DNA of 32,000 nucleotides. Origin: Pyrodictium delaneyi (lineage in GTDB: Archaea > Thermoproteota > Thermoprotei_A > Sulfolobales > Pyrodictiaceae). Shown here piece after piece: positions 25,909 to 32,000 of the stretch. Under the pieces are notes generated by a model. That model searched no databases and was not told where the DNA came from. It saw nothing but the letters and a program-made list of their open reading frames with translations. The stretch lies in the NCBI RefSeq assembly GCF_001412615.1, contig NZ_CP013011.1, positions 1,650,001-1,682,000 of the forward strand. The letters are read 5' to 3'. Position 1 is the first letter of the stretch. Each line of letters starts with the position of its first letter. Made by a program: the position numbers and the translations under genes.

Positions 25909-26559
25909 TCACGACTTGTTTTCGCTTTCCATCCAGCTCTTTATGCGTTGGCCCATCAGTCTCAGGGCCATTTCCTTGCCTGCAACCTCGCCTGGAGGTA
26001 TGTATTCCACATGTACACCAGGAACTAGCCTTGCTTGGTTAGCTAGCCTCTTGTCGCCAGTAAAGAAGAGTACACCTTTTCTATATTGGTTAGTCAGTTT
26101 CTCCAGCAGTTTTAGTATATCGTAGTCGTCTCTAGCGGGTTGTCTATATACTCTATCGCTAACCCTAAGTGGCTCTGTGATTCCCCTGCCTAGTATCTCG
26201 TGAAACTCTATAGATGGTGACGTTATTTCGCGGGCGAGTATGTCGGCGAATCCTTTATACATCTGATCAAATACCACAGCGTACTCTGCCTTGCCGCTAG
26301 CCCCCTTTAGCTGGATGATCTCATTCTCTTGTTTAGGGGCTTGACTCTTGAGGGTCTTGGTGGCATGGTGTTTTAGAATCCTTTGTAGATCTCTAACCTC
26401 TTCGTTTGAGAGAGCTAGTATCCTAGCGGCCTTGTATACTTGCGCATTTGAGCTGCACTTGGAGGCTATAAGGAGTATAGCTTCTCCGAAACTTGCCGCC
26501 TCGTAGAGTCTATCTTCGCATGCAACTATGTATACTCGTTTCTCCGCTTGGTCTGGCAT
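25909..26559 (-). CDS. uncharacterised protein, possible PIN-like nuclease fold in the C-terminal half
   Basis: 216-aa ORF with its own TATA (GCATATAG, complement of 26599-26606). The segments AVVFDQ, DDYDIL and VLFFTGDKRLANQARLVPGVHVEYI resemble the acidic strand ends and terminal strand-helix of PIN/Fcf1-type domains. This is a by-eye impression only. Confidence 0.5.
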   Translation of the reverse strand: MPDQAEKRVYIVACEDRLYEAASFGEAILLIASKCSSNAQVYKAARILALSNEEVRDLQRILKHHATKTLKSQAPKQENEIIQLKGASGKAEYAVVFDQMYKGFADILAREITSPSIEFHEILGRGITEPLRVSDRVYRQPARDDYDILKLLEKLTNQYRKGVLFFTGDKRLANQARLVPGVHVEYIPPGEVAGKEMALRLMGQRIKSWMESENKS

Positions 26560-26634
26560 TTCTTTGCAACCCAGCGATTCCGGCGGCGTATAGCTCCCCT
26601 ATATGCTGCTTTCAGGAGGGGTATTATCAACGAT

Positions 26635-27057
26635 CTACCTTACTACCATAACTGATGTGGCAGAGTTTACTACTATGGATAGCGCAACGCTTCCTATCAT
26701 TAGGTCTTCGTTGGCTGTACTTCCTCGCGCACCCAGTACAATGAGATCGTAGCCACCCTCTACTACCTCAGATAAGATCTCGCTAGCAATGCTGCTGGCA
26801 TGAGGCTTGTACTCGCGTGTCTTAATTGTGACATTTAGGCCTCTTCCTTCTATGCGTTTGCGTATTGCATTCTCAATCGGTTTTGGGTCCTCGCCTGGAG
26901 CGTGAACGTGAAGCACTGTGACTCTCGAACCGTAACGCTGGGCAAAGTCTAGCGCTATGTCTAGTGCTCGGAGACTGGATTCGGAGCCATCGACGGGGAC
27001 TAGTATTCGTCGGAAGAGGAAACTAATCCTATATGTTGGCTCGAACTTCATATCCAT
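26635..27057 (-). CDS. universal stress protein (UspA family)
   Basis: The motifs RILVPVDGSESSLRAL and LIVLGARGS...GSVALSIVVNSATSVMVVR are present. The maximal ORF starts at TTG 27138. The in-frame ATG 27057 (MDMKFEP...) gives the usual USP length. Confidence 0.85.
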   Translation of the reverse strand: MDMKFEPTYRISFLFRRILVPVDGSESSLRALDIALDFAQRYGSRVTVLHVHAPGEDPKPIENAIRKRIEGRGLNVTIKTREYKPHASSIASEILSEVVEGGYDLIVLGARGSTANEDLMIGSVALSIVVNSATSVMVVR

Positions 27058-27185
27058 AGCAGCTGTCATGTATCGACACCTGCGTGTCCAGTAAACTCGC
27101 TGTGCTAGGCATGTAGGTAAATGTTGTAAAATATCCAAGTTTATGCATTTTTCTACTATGGTGGGTCGGTTGTACCATTGTGTTT

Positions 27186-28217
27186 TCAGGGTATACGTCC
27201 ATGCATTATGCCAAGAGTTTCGTCTGTTATACGTATAGTCTCCTCTGCGGATTTTGCAGCCTCCATGACAGCTCTTATTGCGTCAATGTTCTCTGGCACG
27301 ACTATGGATTCTTGGTGCACTGCTTGCATCCACATAACTTCTCTGCCTAGTACAGCAATACTATCTAGCCATATCACGAGTTCTGGTATATCATAACGTT
27401 TCCTTCCAAGATCACGTGCATACTCGACGAGGTCAGCGGTACTTGTTAATCCAAGGCTAGCATCGGCGAGCAATATTCTTGGTGTTTGCTCGAACGTCGC
27501 AACTATGTCCTCCCTACTTACTTGATCCTCTAGCTCAGCAAATACTATGTGCACGTGCATTAATGTTGTAGGTACCACTACGGCGGTGGTCACTATATCA
27601 AGTGTGGGGAGTACAGTCTTAACATCTAATGCATGGTGGCTGGGAAGCTTAACAGGGTTGGGTACAATAGCGTTTACGGGGCCACGCTTCACCTCCTTTG
27701 GGTCAGAAGCTCTCCGCACCATAGTGGCGCGAACCTTCTTTATCTTAGCAATCCTTGACAAGCTGCATATACTCCTTAGGAGGCCCGTCGTGTTGCATGA
27801 AACTACACGTACACTCCTCTTGCCGAGAGCCTCCTCGTAGTTGCAAAGCGTATTGAACGACACCTCTGCTACTTCGGGCTTTTCGCCGCCCTGAAATATC
27901 GCCTTTACGCCAAAGCGTTCGTAGAGAGGTTTATACTCCTTGCCTACGCCGCCTGGCGTAGCATCAACGACAACATCCACTTTCTCTAGAAGATCCTCAA
28001 GTGAACCTTCTACGGGGATGTTCTTCTCACGGAAAGCATCCAGCCGATCGCTAAGGGTATAGAGTGGTATTCCACTTGACACAGCGTGCTTTGCCACGTA
28101 GTCTGGCTTAGTCTTTACAACACCGACTAGCTCCATATCAGGCTGCTTAAGTATGGCTTCGGCTACACGTTTGCCTATAGTGCCAAACCCATTAACTGCT
28201 ACACGAATGCGTGCCAT
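27186..28217 (-). CDS. gap: glyceraldehyde-3-phosphate dehydrogenase, archaeal type
   Basis: It has a Rossmann N-terminus RVAVNGFGTIGKRVAEA and the active-site region VSCNTTGL. An SD GGGAGGG (complement of 28226-28232) lies 8 nt before ATG 28217. The maximal ORF starts at TTG 28238. Confidence 0.95.
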   Translation of the reverse strand: MARIRVAVNGFGTIGKRVAEAILKQPDMELVGVVKTKPDYVAKHAVSSGIPLYTLSDRLDAFREKNIPVEGSLEDLLEKVDVVVDATPGGVGKEYKPLYERFGVKAIFQGGEKPEVAEVSFNTLCNYEEALGKRSVRVVSCNTTGLLRSICSLSRIAKIKKVRATMVRRASDPKEVKRGPVNAIVPNPVKLPSHHALDVKTVLPTLDIVTTAVVVPTTLMHVHIVFAELEDQVSREDIVATFEQTPRILLADASLGLTSTADLVEYARDLGRKRYDIPELVIWLDSIAVLGREVMWMQAVHQESIVVPENIDAIRAVMEAAKSAEETIRITDETLGIMHGRIP

Positions 28218-28320
28218 ATCGACATCCCTCCCGGACAATTTTCTATGTCAAGCATGTGATTCTAATGAGTATCCCACGTTGCAGGGTCTGAGGCCTGCTG
28301 GTAAAATAAAGAGGGATAGG

Positions 28321-29589
28321 CTAGCCTATCAATTGTGGGAAGAACTTCTCGGCGGATTTCGCTAGTGCTGTTAATCCTGGCAGATCTTCTCCAGCTAGGA
28401 ACAGTAGGAGTGCTCCACCACCAGTACTCACATGTAGGTTGGGGCGTCCAGCTAGCCCTAGCTCGGCTATAATGCTATTCAAGTGGCCTCCGCCAACTAT
28501 CACGTAAGCGTTACTTTCTACAGCGGCGCGGACTAGCTCTCTGCTGCCTTCGCGGAACCGTGGATCCTCTATCACGCCCGCGGGTCCTCTCATAACGATG
28601 AGTCTAGCTTCTTTCATGATTTCGGTGTACATCTTAACTGTCTGTGGACCAATATCCTTGATTACGCCCTTTATGTTCCCTATGGTCTCAACTTCTACGT
28701 GGTCGTCGACGAGCGTCCTGAAGTCCACGGGTGTCTCAAGGGGGAGGCCTCGTAGCAGAAGACGTCTAGCGCGCGGTAGTAGAGATAGTAAGCCCTTGGC
28801 TTCTAGTACGCGAAGGTTAGCTTCGCCTATATTGATCCCTTTGGCTACCATGAATAGCTCTGCTACAAGGCCAGTGGCTAGTATCCTATCAACAGCGCCG
28901 TTGTTGTGGAGATGCTCAAGTATACGGATAGTATCGTGTACTTTTCCGCCTCCTAGTACGAATACTCGTGGTCTTTCTTCGGGGTTGTAGAGCTTCGAAA
29001 GAGCTGTCAGCTCCTTTTCCATTACTCGGCCAGCTGCTGAAGGTAGCTTAACAGGGAACCCGACGATGCTGGGTTGACTTCTATGTGCAGTTGCGAACGC
29101 GTCGTTCACGTAGTAGTTGAAGAGTGGTGCTAGCCTTGTGACGAATATGCTTTCAGCGTGTTTTTCTGGCGTGGCCTCTATTATCTCCTCAGAGACCAGT
29201 CGTGTATTGTCTAGCAAGAGTATGTCTCCCGGCTGAAGGCTCTTGATAGCCTCGCGGGCGGCAGGGCCTATTACGTCGTCGATGAAGCGGACTTGTAGGC
29301 CGGTGTGCTTCTCTAGGAGTCTTGCATGCTTGTCCAAGCTTACGAAATCGCTGTCACCGGGTCTCCCCTGATGCGACATGACTACTACAGCAGCACCTCT
29401 CTCTACGAGTTCGCGCACAGTTGCCGAGTGTGCTCTTATGCGGCTATCATCGAGGATATCTCCAGTCTTAGGGTCTATAGGGCTGTTGATGTCTATTCTA
29501 AGTAGTATCTTAGAGCCCTTAATGCCAAAATATTTGTCAAGATCATCAATTGTTGGTATGACGTGTTTATTGCGTAAGCTGCACGGCAA
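28321..29589 (-). CDS. pgk: phosphoglycerate kinase
   Basis: PGK motifs RIDINSP, SHQGRPG and STGGGA(LL) are present. The gene lies upstream of and co-oriented with gap. The start is TTG 29589. Confidence 0.95.
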   Translation of the reverse strand: MPCSLRNKHVIPTIDDLDKYFGIKGSKILLRIDINSPIDPKTGDILDDSRIRAHSATVRELVERGAAVVVMSHQGRPGDSDFVSLDKHARLLEKHTGLQVRFIDDVIGPAAREAIKSLQPGDILLLDNTRLVSEEIIEATPEKHAESIFVTRLAPLFNYYVNDAFATAHRSQPSIVGFPVKLPSAAGRVMEKELTALSKLYNPEERPRVFVLGGGKVHDTIRILEHLHNNGAVDRILATGLVAELFMVAKGINIGEANLRVLEAKGLLSLLPRARRLLLRGLPLETPVDFRTLVDDHVEVETIGNIKGVIKDIGPQTVKMYTEIMKEARLIVMRGPAGVIEDPRFREGSRELVRAAVESNAYVIVGGGHLNSIIAELGLAGRPNLHVSTGGGALLLFLAGEDLPGLTALAKSAEKFFPQLIG

Positions 29590-29743
29590 TAAGACTCCCG
29601 GGTGCTAGGATGCAGTAACGGGGCAGGAAGGTAATAAGGGAAAATGCCCGCACAGTCTAGGAAACCAGGGCGCTGAGGAAATACCCCGGGATCGAGCCGA
29701 GGAGTCCCTACTGGTGACGAAGTGGTCCTTCGCCGAGCCCCTC

Positions 29744-32000
29744 TTACTCTCCACCGATGGCAGCCATACTATCTCCGCTAGCCTGCTTCATACGCTCTGC
29801 AAGAAGTGCCATGACTCTATTGTGTAGCTCTAGCAGCATCTTCTTACGGTCCTCCATCAATACTATGTCGCTGTAGCCGCGTACCACTATATGATGTGCA
29901 AATGGGCTTGGCACGTTAGTAGGGCCAAAGAAGCTAACACTAACCTCTCCGGAATGTATCCACTCTAGCACAAGCTTAGCATTCTCTATGTCCATGTAAT
30001 CCTCTAGTATCTCTCGATAGGCTTCCTTTAGCAGTGGGAAGCCTGGTATACGCTCCACAGCCTCGAGCAGTGCCTGGGCATTTAACTGGAGAGTGTGCGG
30101 ATCACGGGTTCGGCTACGGTAACGGCGTAGAAGCATGAAGCCTCGCTCGGCGCAATGCCTAAACCGCCTCTTTAGCAGCTCAGTATTTCGGAGAACTCTC
30201 CTCAGAATGTCCTCAATATTGTCTGGCTTCACGCTATAAACGAGCCGGCTTAGGTCTATATCATTGCGTATGCCTGGCACAGTGAGCATGAATGCGTTAT
30301 CGGTCACAGTTATCCTTACATTAGAGCCAGCCATGGTTGATAACTTGTACGCATAGGCTCTCGAGAGTGCATCATTCACTCTCCTGCCAAACAACGTGTG
30401 GAATATGATTGACGTGGTCTCCTCCTCGGTGTCCTGGTACAGTTCTACGAGTACCAGCTTATCGCTGGGCACGAGGCCTCCAGTGAAAAGGAACTGCTCA
30501 AGCACGTAGTCGTAGATGTTCTCTGCAGCGTGGTGTTCGAGATTATACTGTGAGGCAATTATATCTACTACTTTGCTCTTTGGTAGGTTTTGACGTATCA
30601 TTTCTGCTATCCATCTGCGGAACGCTCCGACTAGCAATGCTGAGTCAAATGCTAAAGGTAGCATCTCAGAGAACCAGCTAGGCACAGTCGGTCTCTGACC
30701 CTCGGCAGGCCTTACATAAACCTTCATGCCCTCTGAACGTACAAACTCATAGGTTCTACCGCCCAGGACGAATATGTCACCGGGTCCTAGTATCTGTACA
30801 AAGGCCTCCTCGAGGTCGCCCACGTATCTACCGTCGAGTGTGTATACACGTATCTTGACCTCATCAGGTATAGTGCCGCTATTTAGATAGTATATCATAC
30901 GTGAACCGCGACGCCTACCGAAGACTCTCTCGTTTTCATCAAGCCAGATCTTCGCGTAGACTCGGTGCTCCTCGAGCCCATACCTGCCTGCTAGGAACCG
31001 GAGTACCGACATAAAGTCGTCGAAGGACAATGTGTGGAATGTATAACTCCGCTTTACAAGCCTATAAGCCTCCTCTATGCTCCACTTCTTCTCTATAGCC
31101 ATACCGACTATATGTTGGGCTAGTACATCAAGAGGATTGCGTGGAATGTGAACGCGGTCAATCTTCCTCTCCATCCCAGCTTTTGCAAGGACAGTACACT
31201 CTACAAGGTCGTCTCTATCAACTACTATTATACGGCCCTTACTCACCTGGCGAATATGATGCCCTGCTCTACCTATCCTCTGCAGCATACGTGAGACGCT
31301 CTTAGGACTGCTAAGCAAGACTACTAGGTCAATATAACCTATATCTATGCCGAGCTCGAGGCTAGTAGAAGATACGACGACTTTCAGCTCACCACGTTTC
31401 AGCTTCTCCTCGACCGCGAGCCTCACGTCGCGGCTAAGACTGCTGTGATGGGCCTCTATCTCGTCCATATCAGCTATTCCTTCCTCCTTAAGTATCTTCT
31501 TCAGCTTGTAGACAACTCTCTCGGTCGCGCTGCGAGTGTTGGTAAATATCAACGTGGTGCGATGCTCGCGGATAAGCTTGGCTAGAAGCTTGTAAATAGC
31601 TTCATTGACGACCTCTGCTGGTGTATGTATCAGATCCTTTACTGGACATAGTACCCTAATATCCACGGGTTTCGCGAACCTGGCATCGACTATCATGCAT
31701 TTACGAGGTTCGCCGTTATCGTTAAAGCCTACAAGAAACTTGGCAACTTCTTCAAGAGGCGCTATTGTAGCTGAAAGTCCTATACGCTGAAGACTACCCC
31801 CTACAAGGTAGTCGAGCCTCTCAATAGATAAGCTTAGATGAGAGCCACGCTTGCTCGATGCCAGTTCATGGATTTCATCTATTATTATCCACCTAGTCGT
31901 GGCAAGTCTTTCGCGGAACTTTGGTGCAGCTAACGATATTGCAAGGCTCTCCGGTGTCGTTATCAGTATGTGAGGCGGATTACGAGTCATCTTCTGCTTC
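29744..32000 (-). CDS. lhr: Lhr-type large ATP-dependent DEAD/DEAH-box helicase (N-terminus beyond window edge)
   Basis: Motifs PPHILITTPESL, DEIHEL (DExH), GLSAT and helicase-C SSLELGIDIG...QRIGRAGH are present, followed by a long Lhr-like C-terminal extension. The frame stays open to base 32000, so the M at 31990 is internal. Confidence 0.9.
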   Translation of the reverse strand, partial: KQKMTRNPPHILITTPESLAISLAAPKFRERLATTRWIIIDEIHELASSKRGSHLSLSIERLDYLVGGSLQRIGLSATIAPLEEVAKFLVGFNDNGEPRKCMIVDARFAKPVDIRVLCPVKDLIHTPAEVVNEAIYKLLAKLIREHRTTLIFTNTRSATERVVYKLKKILKEEGIADMDEIEAHHSSLSRDVRLAVEEKLKRGELKVVVSSTSLELGIDIGYIDLVVLLSSPKSVSRMLQRIGRAGHHIRQVSKGRIIVVDRDDLVECTVLAKAGMERKIDRVHIPRNPLDVLAQHIVGMAIEKKWSIEEAYRLVKRSYTFHTLSFDDFMSVLRFLAGRYGLEEHRVYAKIWLDENERVFGRRRGSRMIYYLNSGTIPDEVKIRVYTLDGRYVGDLEEAFVQILGPGDIFVLGGRTYEFVRSEGMKVYVRPAEGQRPTVPSWFSEMLPLAFDSALLVGAFRRWIAEMIRQNLPKSKVVDIIASQYNLEHHAAENIYDYVLEQFLFTGGLVPSDKLVLVELYQDTEEETTSIIFHTLFGRRVNDALSRAYAYKLSTMAGSNVRITVTDNAFMLTVPGIRNDIDLSRLVYSVKPDNIEDILRRVLRNTELLKRRFRHCAERGFMLLRRYRSRTRDPHTLQLNAQALLEAVERIPGFPLLKEAYREILEDYMDIENAKLVLEWIHSGEVSVSFFGPTNVPSPFAHHIVVRGYSDIVLMEDRKKMLLELHNRVMALLAERMKQASGDSMAAIGGE

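Noticed and set aside
29590-29743. GC-rich spacer between lhr and pgk with long-range complementarity (GACTCCCGGG 29593-29602 vs CCCGGG 29685-90 plus GGAGTC 29701-06) and a T-arm-like CTCGG-CTCGATC-CCGGG on the minus strand
   Set aside because: The acceptor-stem partner for a tRNA is absent. The long-range pairing straddles the pgk TATA (complement of about 29630-29640), so it cannot lie within the pgk mRNA. The region is adequately explained as the lhr 3' UTR/terminator (hairpin CGAAG-GACCA-CTTCG, T-runs) plus the pgk promoter.
1-32000. CRISPR arrays, transposases/integrases, prophage or defence islands
   Set aside because: I saw no regularly spaced direct repeats and no recombinase-like or nuclease/ATPase defence-type ORFs. 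Gene content is housekeeping throughout.

Overview
This looks like a densely packed core-chromosome window from a hyperthermophilic crenarchaeon (Thermoprotei, Desulfurococcales-like). The lineage call rests on gene content: reverse gyrase, GatD/GatE, Alba, thermosome, TBP, Rpo6/RpoK, ribosomal protein eS30, archaeal-type GAPDH and a two-CXXC protein disulfide oxidoreductase. I call about 31 protein genes on both strands. They have short spacers, TATA-like boxes about 26 nt upstream of inferred transcription starts, GGAGG/GGUG-type Shine-Dalgarno sequences, oligo-T terminators and several overlapping gene junctions. Many maximal ORFs in the supplied track begin at TTG or GTG. For several of them, promoter or SD geometry favours an internal ATG (alba, gap, usp, nadE, signal peptidase, thioredoxin-like gene). 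One real gene is missing from the ORF track because it is under 60 codons: rps30e at 16589-16747. I recognised no rRNA, tRNA, CRISPR array, transposase/integrase or obvious defence island, so most of the window is ordinary housekeeping DNA. The items worth a second look are: (i) a 355-bp ORF-free, G+C-rich, strongly base-paired spacer between nnr and tbp (23.9-24.2 kb), which looks like an unannotated structured RNA; (ii) two further long ORF-free spacers at 7.95-8.28 kb and 8.6-9.0 kb; (iii) a perfect 10-bp inverted repeat over the nnr TATA box in the nadE/nnr divergent promoter; (iv) two clusters of uncharacterised genes (9971-11433 and 24862-26559, the latter with a possible PIN-like C-terminal segment and a 44-53 nt gene overlap). 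Functional calls come from motif-level recognition of the translated ORFs only. No database search was run.
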